This document shows, in pieces, positions 47,988-57,401 of a stretch of DNA of 64,000 nucleotides. Location of the stretch: NCBI GenBank assembly GCA_023146115.1, contig JAGLCS010000086.1, forward strand, positions 50,605 to 114,604, read 5' to 3'. The notes under the pieces are model-generated. The model saw only the letters and a program-made list of their open reading frames with translations. It had not been told where the DNA came from and searched no databases. Each line of letters begins with the position of its first letter. Position 1 is the first letter of the stretch. A program made the position numbers and the translations under genes. The DNA is from Abyssibacter sp. Lineage in GTDB: Bacteria; Pseudomonadota; Gammaproteobacteria; Nevskiales; OUC007.

Positions 47988-48732
47988 CGTCTCTCCGGTG
48001 TCTTTGATTCACCCGGACTGGCCTGCGCCAGCTTGGGTGCGGGCCGCGGCCAGCACCCGCCAGGGTGGGGTCAGCTCCACGCCCTATGACTCGCTGAATC
48101 TGGCCACGCACTGTGGCGACGACCCGGCTCAGGTCGAGCGCAACCGGGCGCTTTGGGCGCAGCGGGCCGGGTTGCCGGGGCCCCCGGTCTGGCTGAATCA
48201 GGTGCATGGTATCGATGTGGCCGTCGATCCGCGGAGCGAGCATGAGATCACGGCAGACGCCGCAGTTTCGACGCGCCCCAACCGTCCACTGGTCGTCATG
48301 ACCGCCGACTGCGTGCCGATTTTGCTCTGCGCTCGCGACACCCCTTGGGTGGCCGTGGTGCACGCGGGATGGCGAGGGCTCGCCGGAGGCGTGATAGCAG
48401 CGGCCTGCGCGCACGCGCCAAAGGGCGCGCAACTGATCGCATGGATCGGTCCCTCGATTCGATCCGCGCACTACGAAGTGGACGCCGTGGTCCGCGCCCC
48501 CTTGGTGGAACAGGACAGGCAGGCCGCCCGGTTTTTTCATCCAATCGCGGGAAAACGCTGGCTTGCTGATCTGCCGGGCATCGCCTTGCACCAGCTCAAA
48601 ACGCTTGATGTGGCGGGATTTGATTCCCGATTGGACGCCTTCGGAGACCCGCGCCGTTTCTATTCCTACCGGCGTGATCGAGGGCGGACAGGCCGTCAGG
48701 CCTGCGCAATTTGGATGCTTGATGCCCAGTAA
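47974..48732 (+). CDS. pgeF: Peptidoglycan editing factor PgeF (YfiH / laccase-domain protein)
   Basis: 252 aa. Blocks LNQVHG, MTADCVPILL and VHAGWRG. Overlaps the rluD 3' end, completing the bamD-rluD-pgeF synteny. Confidence 0.85.
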   Translation: MRRSSVSPVSLIHPDWPAPAWVRAAASTRQGGVSSTPYDSLNLATHCGDDPAQVERNRALWAQRAGLPGPPVWLNQVHGIDVAVDPRSEHEITADAAVSTRPNRPLVVMTADCVPILLCARDTPWVAVVHAGWRGLAGGVIAAACAHAPKGAQLIAWIGPSIRSAHYEVDAVVRAPLVEQDRQAARFFHPIAGKRWLADLPGIALHQLKTLDVAGFDSRLDAFGDPRRFYSYRRDRGRTGRQACAIWMLDAQ

Positions 48733-48897
48733 GTCTGCGTTGCCGTGGGAATTTTTGTCTGCTTAAATGCAGCGCAGAATTAATAGGCAGGGCTGTCGAG
48801 GAGAGCAAGCAGCCCTGAACCAGCGTCCGGCCCGGTCGGGTTCTGCCAGGGAGTGGCAGCGCCGGGACAAAAAACGCCTTTTGGGGGAAGACAATCC

Positions 48898-51174
48898 ATG
48901 GCGATACAAAACGAATTGCGAGCGTTCGAGCGCGCGAGTGGGCGTGTGCTGTCGACACGCAAAATCTGGCTTGGCATGGCGACGGCGGGGCTGATAAGTG
49001 CGTCTGGTGCAGTCCATGCGATCCAGTTTGAACTGGGGCCGATTGAGGGCAGCATCGAGAGCCTGCTGACCGCAGGTGCCACCTGGCGTATTCAGGATCG
49101 CGCCGACTACTTGGTCGGCAAGTCCAACCTCGAGCCCGGCATCTGTATTCAGCGGGACCCCGACGGTTCGCTGGGTGGTGGCCGGGTTGGCGACGAAAGC
49201 AGTTGCTCCAGCACGGATTTTGGCGAGAACCTCGAGTATGTGAACGCGCGCGGCTCGTTCTCGCAAAACAGCGATGGCGGCAACCTGAGTTTCGATAAGG
49301 GCGATGTCGTCGCCGCCGCGGTGAAACTGAATTCAGAGATCAGCTTCGACGTGCCGGTCCCCGTGCTGGGTTCCCTGGCCGTCTACGCCAACCCGATCTA
49401 CCTTTACGATTCAGAGGTGTTGAATTCGCCGAACTACCATCCGGACACGACGCTACAGCCGGCAGAAACGCCGCGGGCGGGGGCTGTCGATGACGTCGCC
49501 GGATCGAACTTCGACTGGGCCAGCTACCACGTCAGTGGCTACATCCCGTTCTTCGGCGGGCGCGACATTCTGGTTCGCGTCGGACGACAAGGCCTGAACT
49601 GGGGCGAATCCTCTGCCCTGGTGTTTAACAGCTTGAATGCCATCAACCCTCCGCATGGGGTCCGCGCGCGTCTGCCGGGGTTCCAGCTGGAAGAGGCGTT
49701 TCAGGCGGTTGGCATGGCCATCATCAATACGGATATCACGTCGAATCTGTTCCTCGAAGCGTTTTATCAGTACGAGTGGAAGCCGGCGATCGCGGATCCC
49801 GTTGGCACGTTCTACTCGGTTAGCGACACGGTGGGGGCTGGCGGCACCTACGCGATGCTCTCGTTTGCGAAACAGCCGGAAGATCCGGAGCAGATTTACG
49901 CGTCGGCGAACAACGAAGACGATCCCTTGTTCATCCTGGGTTCACAGTCCAGCCGCACCGTTCTCCGGGTCGGTGATCAACGTCCGGACGACGAGGGACA
50001 GTACGGGTTCGCGCTGCGCTACTTTGCAGAATGGCTGAATAACGGGACGGAATTGGCCGCGTACTTCGCGAACTACCACGCGCGGATTCCGACGGTCTCC
50101 GCCTACGCGGCTGACCCCACCTGTATCGACTCCAGCTTGCAGGGCCCGGCGGCGCTGGCACCCTGTTTGGCGAGCCCGGATCAACCGGTGCCGGACGTTG
50201 CGGCCGTCGTCGCCGGCCTGCAAGCCGGACAGCTCACGCCTGCGCAAGAGCCGTTGCCGGTCGATACCATGCAGCTGTTCGTCGAGTACCCCGAAGACAT
50301 CAAGATGTACGGCGTGTCGTTCAATACGACGGTGGGCGATTGGGCGGTGTCGGGTGAGTATTCCTTCCGCGAGAACCTGCCGATTCAGGTGCATTCCACG
50401 GACTTGGTTTACGCCGGTCTGCAGCCAGCCTTCCCAGAAAACGATGTGGAGGTGATTCCCGGGACGGTCCTGCCGGGACGGCGGTCTGCGGTCCCGGACT
50501 TCGTCAACACCCTGTATCGCGATAATCCGGTGGATGCCGACGGCACGATGAACGGCGTCGAGAACTACTACATCCGTGGCTGGGAGCGCGAGCAAGTGCA
50601 CCAGCTGCAGTTCACCTTCATCAACACCTGGGGTGGCGCGAACTGGTTTGATGCCTCGCAGATCCTGACGGTCGCGGAGATTGGCGGAACGTACTTGCCG
50701 AACATGCCGGAGTACTCCGAGCTGCAGTACAACGGGGCCGAGGTCAATACACATGCCTCCGTGGGTGCGGACAACACGACCAACGGCTTCGATAGCGGCA
50801 GCCTTGGTGCTGCCTGTCAAGGCTTGGACAATCCGAATTCCTGCCGCCAGAACCCGACCTCACAAGCTCTGGATCATTTCCCCACGGACTTCTCCTGGGG
50901 TGTCCGTGTGCTGAGCATTTTCCGCTATCAGAATGCCTTGCTGGGAGCGAACCTGGAGCCCATCGTCGGATTCTTCTGGGACGTCAACGGCATCGCACCT
51001 GGGCTTGGTCAGAACTTCATTGAAGGCAACAAGACGCTGATCACGGCGCTGCGCTTTGACTATCTGAACAAGTGGGTTGGCGAGGTGCGGCTGACGACGT
51101 TCACCGGCGGATCGGACTACAACTCCCGTCGTGACCGTGACAATGTGTACGTGTACCTTGGCTATAACTTCTAA
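48898..51174 (+). CDS. DUF1302 family outer-membrane beta-barrel protein
   Basis: An internal start (MAIQNELRAF...; signal ...ASGAVHA) of track ORF 48853..51174. Begins FELGPIEGSIESLLTAGATWRIQDR and ends ...VYVYLGYNF with a terminal aromatic residue, typical of OM barrels and of DUF1302. Confidence 0.75.
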   Translation: MAIQNELRAFERASGRVLSTRKIWLGMATAGLISASGAVHAIQFELGPIEGSIESLLTAGATWRIQDRADYLVGKSNLEPGICIQRDPDGSLGGGRVGDESSCSSTDFGENLEYVNARGSFSQNSDGGNLSFDKGDVVAAAVKLNSEISFDVPVPVLGSLAVYANPIYLYDSEVLNSPNYHPDTTLQPAETPRAGAVDDVAGSNFDWASYHVSGYIPFFGGRDILVRVGRQGLNWGESSALVFNSLNAINPPHGVRARLPGFQLEEAFQAVGMAIINTDITSNLFLEAFYQYEWKPAIADPVGTFYSVSDTVGAGGTYAMLSFAKQPEDPEQIYASANNEDDPLFILGSQSSRTVLRVGDQRPDDEGQYGFALRYFAEWLNNGTELAAYFANYHARIPTVSAYAADPTCIDSSLQGPAALAPCLASPDQPVPDVAAVVAGLQAGQLTPAQEPLPVDTMQLFVEYPEDIKMYGVSFNTTVGDWAVSGEYSFRENLPIQVHSTDLVYAGLQPAFPENDVEVIPGTVLPGRRSAVPDFVNTLYRDNPVDADGTMNGVENYYIRGWEREQVHQLQFTFINTWGGANWFDASQILTVAEIGGTYLPNMPEYSELQYNGAEVNTHASVGADNTTNGFDSGSLGAACQGLDNPNSCRQNPTSQALDHFPTDFSWGVRVLSIFRYQNALLGANLEPIVGFFWDVNGIAPGLGQNFIEGNKTLITALRFDYLNKWVGEVRLTTFTGGSDYNSRRDRDNVYVYLGYNF

Positions 51175-51203
51175 CAAGCTCAAGGGAACCAAGGGGGGAG
51201 ACC

Positions 51204-52559
51204 ATGCGCGATTTGATCGCAGTGGCGGCGCTGGGCAGTTTGCTCAGCGCGGTCGCAAATGCGGCGGTGACACAGGAAGAGGCAGATCGGCTGGGTAATG
51301 AGTTGACGCCGGTCGGAGCACAGATGGCCGGCGACAAGGCGCTCGGTATTCCGGCCTGGGACGGGGGGCTTCAGGAAGCTCCGCGCTCCTACAAAGGGGC
51401 GGGTACGCGCTACACGGACCCGTTCCCTGACGACCGTCCGGAATTCACCATCACCGCGGACAATCTCGATCAGTACCGCGACAAGCTGACGGTGGGACAA
51501 ATTGCCCTGTTCGAGCGGTTTCCCGAAACCTACGTCATGCCGGTCTACAAGACGCGCCGGAGCTTCGCGAACCCGCAGTTCATCTACGACGCGACCAAAA
51601 CGAATGCGGTGAACGCGAAGCTGAGCGGGGGCGGTGACACGGTCACCGGCGCGGTGACCGGGATACCGTTTCCGATTCCGAAAAACGGTCACGAGGTGAT
51701 CTGGAATCACAAGACGCGCTACCGGGATTTTTCAGTGCGCCGCTGGAATAACCAGGCAGCGGTGACGTCGACCGGATCCTATAACCTCGTCAAGTTGCGC
51801 GAGGATGTGACGTTCCGCTACAGCCAGCCGGGCATCGAGCCACGGGATCTCGACAATGTGCTGCTGTATTTCCTGCAGGTCACGACGCAACCGCCTCGCT
51901 TGGCTGGCCAGATTTTGCTCGTGCACGAGACCATGGACCAGCTGCGTGAACCGCGTGCGGCCTGGTTGTACAACCCGGGTCAACGCCGTCTGCGTCGGGC
52001 CCCGAACGTCGCGTACGACAACCCTGGAACCGGTTCCGACGGCCTGCGAACCAATGATCAGACGGATACTTTCAATGGCGCGATGGACCGTTACGACTGG
52101 AAGCTGATCGGCAAAACGGAAATCTACACGCCTTACAACAGCTACAAGATTCATTCGGACGATTACAGCTACGACGACATCATCCAGCGTGGTCACATCG
52201 ACCAGGATCTGACCCGCTACGAGTTGCATCGCGTGTGGGTGGTCGATGCCACGTTGAAGGCCGGCACAAGCCACATCTACAAGCGCCGTACGTTCTATGT
52301 GGATGAGGATTCGTGGCAGATCGTCGCCGTGGATATCTACGACAAGCGCGACGAACTGTGGCGCGTCCAGGAGAGTCACTCTGCAATGGCTTACGATGTG
52401 CCGTACATGGGGCCCATCCTCGAATCGGTATACGATCTGTTGGCGAATCGTTATCTGGTCCAGGCCATGAATAACGAGGATGACGAGACCTACTCGATCG
52501 ACGTTGATTGGGAAACGTATTTCAACCCGTCCAATGTCAAGAAGCTGGCTCGACGCTAG
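51204..52559 (+). CDS. DUF1329 family periplasmic / outer-membrane-associated protein
   Basis: 451 aa. Signal peptide ...SAVANA then AVTQEEADRLGNELTPVGAQMAGDKALGIPAWDGG, a characteristic DUF1329 N-terminus. Always partnered with DUF1302. Confidence 0.75.
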   Translation: MRDLIAVAALGSLLSAVANAAVTQEEADRLGNELTPVGAQMAGDKALGIPAWDGGLQEAPRSYKGAGTRYTDPFPDDRPEFTITADNLDQYRDKLTVGQIALFERFPETYVMPVYKTRRSFANPQFIYDATKTNAVNAKLSGGGDTVTGAVTGIPFPIPKNGHEVIWNHKTRYRDFSVRRWNNQAAVTSTGSYNLVKLREDVTFRYSQPGIEPRDLDNVLLYFLQVTTQPPRLAGQILLVHETMDQLREPRAAWLYNPGQRRLRRAPNVAYDNPGTGSDGLRTNDQTDTFNGAMDRYDWKLIGKTEIYTPYNSYKIHSDDYSYDDIIQRGHIDQDLTRYELHRVWVVDATLKAGTSHIYKRRTFYVDEDSWQIVAVDIYDKRDELWRVQESHSAMAYDVPYMGPILESVYDLLANRYLVQAMNNEDDETYSIDVDWETYFNPSNVKKLARR

Positions 52560-52619
52560 GCGTGAAACTGATATCGTGCGTTCGCGATAAGTACGCCTCG
52601 GTACATTAGGAGACAACGT

Positions 52620-53561
52620 ATGGTGCCACGCACCACCTTCATGGCCGCGTTGCTGGCCGTAACCGGCATGGCTGCGGCCGCCGATATCGAGAATCAACCC
52701 GCGCAGATGATGCCGCTGGCTTCCAAGAGCCTGTTGCTGGATGTGGCCAATGCCGGATCGCGATTTGTCGCGGTTGGCGAGCGTGGCCACATCCTGGCTT
52801 CTGTCGACGGGCACCAGTGGGCGCAGGCGAATGTGCCGACGCGGGCGACGTTGACCGCCGTCACGTTTGCCGACGCGCAGCACGGCTGGGCCGTTGGGCA
52901 TGACGCGGTCATTCTGGCGACAGAAGACGGCGGACAAAACTGGACGCTGCAGAACTTCGAGCCAGACCTCGAAAAACCGTTCTTGGATGTGATGTTCTTG
53001 TCGCCGACACGTGGATTCGCGATCGGTGCCTACAGTCTGTTCTACGAGACCATCGACGGTGGCGAATCTTGGACCGAGCACGACACGCCAGCCCGAGATG
53101 ACGAATGGCATTTCAATGCAATCGAGCGGCTGAACAACGGTACCTTGGTCATTGTCGGCGAGAGCGGGACCGTTGCGGTTTCGCGAGATGACGGCGAGAC
53201 CTGGGAGTCGGTGCCATCACCGTATGCCGGGTCTTACTTTGATGCTGTCGCTCATGGTGAAAATGGCGTCCTGATCTTCGGCTTGCGCGGCAACGCTTAC
53301 CGCAGTGATTCCACCGACGAGATTGCCTGGACCAAGGTCAATACCGGAACCGGCCAAACCTTGTCGGGTGGCACCGTGCTGCCGTCCGGCGAGACCGTGA
53401 TCGTCGGTCTTAACGGTACCGTGCTGCAGTCGAACGACGGCGGCCGTAGCCTGGAGCGACTGCCAAACCGTGTAGGCGCCAGCCTCAACAGCGTGCTGGT
53501 GAACAACGGCCGGCTGCTTGCGGTGGGTGATCGCGGCACGCACATCATCGAACTTCGCTAG
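52620..53561 (+). CDS. Ycf48/Hcf136-like BNR-type beta-propeller protein (periplasmic)
   Basis: 313 aa. Signal peptide ...GMAAAAD and repeated blades with S-x-D-G-G-x-W-type motifs (TEDGGQNWT, TIDGGESWT, SRDDGETWE, SNDGGRSLE). Confidence 0.72.
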   Translation: MVPRTTFMAALLAVTGMAAAADIENQPAQMMPLASKSLLLDVANAGSRFVAVGERGHILASVDGHQWAQANVPTRATLTAVTFADAQHGWAVGHDAVILATEDGGQNWTLQNFEPDLEKPFLDVMFLSPTRGFAIGAYSLFYETIDGGESWTEHDTPARDDEWHFNAIERLNNGTLVIVGESGTVAVSRDDGETWESVPSPYAGSYFDAVAHGENGVLIFGLRGNAYRSDSTDEIAWTKVNTGTGQTLSGGTVLPSGETVIVGLNGTVLQSNDGGRSLERLPNRVGASLNSVLVNNGRLLAVGDRGTHIIELR

Positions 53562-53593
53562 GCCACGCGCGGCGAGCCCCAAAGGAATTCGGC

Positions 53594-56167
53594 ATGCGAA
53601 TGATTACGACCGACGACATCCTCCGAGTCGTTGAACCCCTGGTGTATGCGCGTCGCGGCGTCGGCATGCTGTTGCTGGTGCTGTTGACGGCGTTCTTCGG
53701 CTACCAGGCATCCCAGATCAAACCCGATGCGGGGTTCGAGAAATCCATCCCCTTGCAGCACCCCTACATGAAGGTGCTCAAGCAGTATCAGTCGGCCTTT
53801 GGTGGCGGTAACCTGATCAAGGTGGCTCTGATCCAAGAGGACGGGGAGCTCTACAACGAGGAGTTCCTCTCCACGCTGCGCAAGGTCACCGATGACGTCT
53901 TCTTCATCCCCGGCATCGACCGCTCGCGCGTGTCGTCATTGTTCACGCCGGATGTCCGCTATACCGAAGTTGTCGAGGGAGGGTTCGCCGGCGGCAATGT
54001 GATTCCTGCGGAGTATCAGCCCACGCAGGAGATGTTCGACCTGATCAAGACCAATGTCGGCAAGGCCGGCATTATCGGTCGCCTGGTGACGCAGGATCAG
54101 ACCGGCGCGATGGTCAACGCCGAGCTTCTGGAATTCGATCCGGTGACCGGCGAAAAGCTCGATTATCGCAAGGTGTCGCATCAGCTAGAAGAGATCCGTA
54201 AGACCTACGAAACCGAGAACATCAAGATTCATGTGATCGGTTTCGCCAAGGTCGTTGGCGATGTCACCGACGCAACGCTGGAAGTGGTCGGGTTCTTCCT
54301 GCTGACATTGTTGATGACCATGGTCTTGCTGTGGCTCTACACCGGCTCGTTCAAGCTCGCGGTGTTGCCCCTGGTCTGCTCCGTTGTCGCGGTGATCTGG
54401 GAGTTCGGCCTGCTGCGATTGTTTGGCTACGGCCTGGATCCCTTCGCGATTCTGGTGCCGTTCCTCGTGCTGTCGGTCTCCGTTTCGCACGGCGTGCAGT
54501 ACGCCAATGCCTGGGTGGGCGAGGTCGCTCACAACGGGCGCAATAGTTTTGACGCCTCGCTGGAAACCTTCCGGCGTTTGGCTATCCCCGGCACGACAGC
54601 GTTGATCACGGACGTTGCGGGTTTCGCGACGATTTACCTGATCCCCATCGACATCATCCGCGAGATGTCCCTGAACGCGGCATTCGGCGTGGCTGCGATC
54701 ATCGTGACGAACAAGGTGATGATGCCGATCTGGCTGACCTGGATCAAAATCGGCGACATCGACTCGTTCAAGCGGAAGCAGGCCGTACGGGATCGCTTTG
54801 GCGACGGCCTCTGGCGGCTGATGGCGAAGAACACGCGGCGGACGCCAGCGATCGTCACGTTGCTGATTTGCTCGATCCTGCTCGGCTGGTCGCTCTGGAA
54901 GTACGAGGACCTGCAGGTAGGCGACTCACAATCCGGTGTGCCTGAGCTGCGGCCTGACTCGCGTTACAACCAGGATTCGCGTGCGATTGTCGATAACTTC
55001 TCGATTGGGGTCGACATTCTCAAGGTGATTGCGGAAACGGCCCCCGAAGCCTGTATTCGTTACGAGCAGATGGAAACCATCGACCGGTTCGCCTGGGAGA
55101 TGAGCAACCTGACCGACGAAGTGCAATCGGTGATCTCCTTGCCGCAGGTCGCCAAGATCATCAATGCGGGATGGAACGAAGGATCGCTGGCTTGGCGTGT
55201 GCTCCCTCGCAACCGCTACGTGATCGTGCAGGCGATTACGCCGGTTGATACGTCGTCCGGCTTGCTGAATCCGGATTGCTCTGCGATGCCGGTGTTGATC
55301 TTCACCAAGGATCACAAGGCCACGACGATTCACACGATTACTGATGCGGTGAAGGCGTTTAACGTATCCAATCGCGCAGCCTTCTATGAAGAGCACCCGG
55401 ACGTCTCTGAGGACTATTGCGCCGAAAAGTCGGCTAAGCGTGATGAACTGGGCCGGCTGCGGCTGGAGCGGGACAATCTCGCAGCGCTGCAAACGGCGGA
55501 GCCAGATGCCACCCGTGCCGAGGAACTCGAGCAGATCAATCGGCGCTACAGCGAAGTCGAAGATGAGTTTGGTGCGCTAGAGGAATTCTGCCCCGTGAAC
55601 TTTGCCCTGGCGTCCGGGAATGTCGGGGTGATGGCGGCGACGAACGAAGTCGTCGAGGCGCAGGAGATCCAGGTGGTGTTCTGGGTCTATGTGGTCGTCG
55701 TCGTATTCCTTTGGCTATCGTTCCGCTCGTTCTCTGGCGTGCTCTGCGTGGTGCTGCCATTGTCGCTGGTCTCGGTCATGGCGTATGCCGTCATGGCGTC
55801 GCTGGGCATCGGGCTCAAGGTGGCGACGCTGCCAGTGGTGGCCCTGGCTGTCGGTATCGGTGTTGACTACGGCATCTACGTTTACAGCCAGCTAGCCGAT
55901 GGCGTGAACCGTGGGCACTCCCTGGAAGAGGCGTTTTATCGAACTCTCCGGCAGACCGGCAAGGCCGTGGTATTCACGGGCGTCGCATTGGGTCTGGGCG
56001 TCGGAACCTGGCTGTTCTCCGCGCTGCAGTTCCAGGCAGACATGGGGATACTGCTGGTGTTCATGTTCACCGCGAACATGTTTGGCGCCATTCTGGTTAT
56101 GCCGGCATTGGCCCATTTCCTGGTGACCAAGGAAAGCGCCGCCAAGACGGGGCTGTCAGGCCACTAG
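53594..56167 (+). CDS. RND-superfamily transporter, MMPL/HpnN-like (two 6-TM bundles and two periplasmic loops)
   Basis: 857 aa. The topology and length fit the MMPL/HpnN-type RND clade rather than the AcrB type. Co-directional with the three preceding genes, with gaps of 29-60 nt. Confidence 0.8.
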   Translation: MRMITTDDILRVVEPLVYARRGVGMLLLVLLTAFFGYQASQIKPDAGFEKSIPLQHPYMKVLKQYQSAFGGGNLIKVALIQEDGELYNEEFLSTLRKVTDDVFFIPGIDRSRVSSLFTPDVRYTEVVEGGFAGGNVIPAEYQPTQEMFDLIKTNVGKAGIIGRLVTQDQTGAMVNAELLEFDPVTGEKLDYRKVSHQLEEIRKTYETENIKIHVIGFAKVVGDVTDATLEVVGFFLLTLLMTMVLLWLYTGSFKLAVLPLVCSVVAVIWEFGLLRLFGYGLDPFAILVPFLVLSVSVSHGVQYANAWVGEVAHNGRNSFDASLETFRRLAIPGTTALITDVAGFATIYLIPIDIIREMSLNAAFGVAAIIVTNKVMMPIWLTWIKIGDIDSFKRKQAVRDRFGDGLWRLMAKNTRRTPAIVTLLICSILLGWSLWKYEDLQVGDSQSGVPELRPDSRYNQDSRAIVDNFSIGVDILKVIAETAPEACIRYEQMETIDRFAWEMSNLTDEVQSVISLPQVAKIINAGWNEGSLAWRVLPRNRYVIVQAITPVDTSSGLLNPDCSAMPVLIFTKDHKATTIHTITDAVKAFNVSNRAAFYEEHPDVSEDYCAEKSAKRDELGRLRLERDNLAALQTAEPDATRAEELEQINRRYSEVEDEFGALEEFCPVNFALASGNVGVMAATNEVVEAQEIQVVFWVYVVVVVFLWLSFRSFSGVLCVVLPLSLVSVMAYAVMASLGIGLKVATLPVVALAVGIGVDYGIYVYSQLADGVNRGHSLEEAFYRTLRQTGKAVVFTGVALGLGVGTWLFSALQFQADMGILLVFMFTANMFGAILVMPALAHFLVTKESAAKTGLSGH

Positions 56168-56227
56168 CGCTTGCTAGGCCGGTCCGGTGCGTAGCACGCG
56201 GACTGGCCCCCGCCGTGAAGGCGACTT

Positions 56228-57052
56228 TTAGCCCGGCGTCCGGTGCAATGGGCAGGGCGTGGATGTGAGCGTATCGTCATCCAGGCACAGGGCAGTCAGC
56301 GATCCGCCCCAGACACAGCCGGTGTCGAGTCCGATCACGTTGTGTTCCGGCCAGCGAACCGTGCCGAGTGTCGACCAGTGACCGAACACGATTCGTGTGT
56401 CGCGACTCTGCCGGCTGGCTAACTGGAACCAGGGAGTGGCATCCCGATTGTCCTGCGGGGCTCCCTTGGCGTCGAAGTCCAGCGCGCCGTCGGATGAGCA
56501 ATACCGCATCCGGGTGAAGCAATTGACGATGAATCGCCAGCGCTCCATGCCGGTCAGGCGATCGGCCCATTGCTGAGGCTCATTGCCATACATCTGCCGC
56601 AAGAATTCCTTGCGCTCCTGTCCGGCCAGCTGCCGCTGAATTTCGTCCGAGTAGGCCAGCGCATCGTCGACCGCCCAGCTGACGTGAAGCCCGGCATGCA
56701 CGATCAAGGTTTCAAACTGGGGCAGCCGCACGGCCAGTGGCCGCGTTGCAATCCAATCCAGCAGTTCATCGGCGTCCGGCGCGCGCAAGATCGGGTGCAG
56801 ATCCGGCTGCGGCTTCGGTGCGACGCCTGCAGCCTCTGCGAGCAGATGAAGATCATGATTGCCCAGCACGCAGTCCACGCTGTCGCGCAGCGCGTAGACC
56901 GCCCGCAACGTGCGTAGTGAATCTGGTCCGCGGTTGACGAGATCGCCGGCTACCCAGAGCTTGTCTGCCGCCGGATCGAACGCGATTAAGTCCAGCAAGC
57001 GTGAGAAGTCGTCGTGGCAGCCCTGTAGGTCTCCCACTATCCAATGTCGCAT
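56228..57052 (-). CDS. apaH: Bis(5'-nucleosyl)-tetraphosphatase (symmetrical)
   Basis: The start is re-called at MRHWIVGDLQGCHDDF of track ORF 56228..57154. Motifs GDLVNRGPDS and GNHD. Confidence 0.9.
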   Translation of the reverse strand: MRHWIVGDLQGCHDDFSRLLDLIAFDPAADKLWVAGDLVNRGPDSLRTLRAVYALRDSVDCVLGNHDLHLLAEAAGVAPKPQPDLHPILRAPDADELLDWIATRPLAVRLPQFETLIVHAGLHVSWAVDDALAYSDEIQRQLAGQERKEFLRQMYGNEPQQWADRLTGMERWRFIVNCFTRMRYCSSDGALDFDAKGAPQDNRDATPWFQLASRQSRDTRIVFGHWSTLGTVRWPEHNVIGLDTGCVWGGSLTALCLDDDTLTSTPCPLHRTPG

Positions 57053-57147
57053 GGCGTGTTGTCCGCCTCCGTGGTCGGTCATGTCGAAGCGCCGACGAGC
57101 GGTGCTGGTGAATCCCCCCGCCGTCGTTGCGGTCCAGCCGCAGGGTG

Positions 57148-57175
57148 TTAACAATAGCGTGACAAAAAATACTCT
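57148..57175 (+). promoter_or_regulatory. Candidate sigma-70 promoter for flp / the tad operon
   Basis: TTAACA, 16 nt, TACTCT, in an AT-rich patch about 25 nt upstream of the GAGAAGGA Shine-Dalgarno and the flp ATG. Pattern match only. Confidence 0.35.
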
Positions 57176-57199
57176 CGCCCGAACGAGAAGGACTACGCG

Positions 57200-57394
57200 A
57201 TGCTCACGTACTTGGTGACGCTCTACAAACTCTGGCGTGACGACGAAGCCGCAACAGCCGTGGAATATGGCTTAGTAATCGGGCTGATTGCCGTTGCGCT
57301 CATCGTAATTCTCGGATCATTGGGCGATGGCCTGGAGAACCTGTTCCGGGATGCCTGCGACCAGGTCGTTGAAGGGGGCTGCTCGTCGGAATAG
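57200..57394 (+). CDS. flp: Flp family type IVb pilin
   Basis: 64 aa. Flp motif ATAVEYGLVIGLIAVALIV after a charged leader (MLTYLVTLYKLWRDDEA). Confidence 0.85.
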   Translation: MLTYLVTLYKLWRDDEAATAVEYGLVIGLIAVALIVILGSLGDGLENLFRDACDQVVEGGCSSE

Positions 57395-57401
57395 TGCGAT
57401 C

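Noticed and set aside
56228-57052. apaH standing alone rather than in the usual ksgA-apaG-apaH arrangement
   Set aside because: Operon dispersal of apaH is common outside the enterics, and nothing in the sequence suggests a functional link to the adjacent tad genes.
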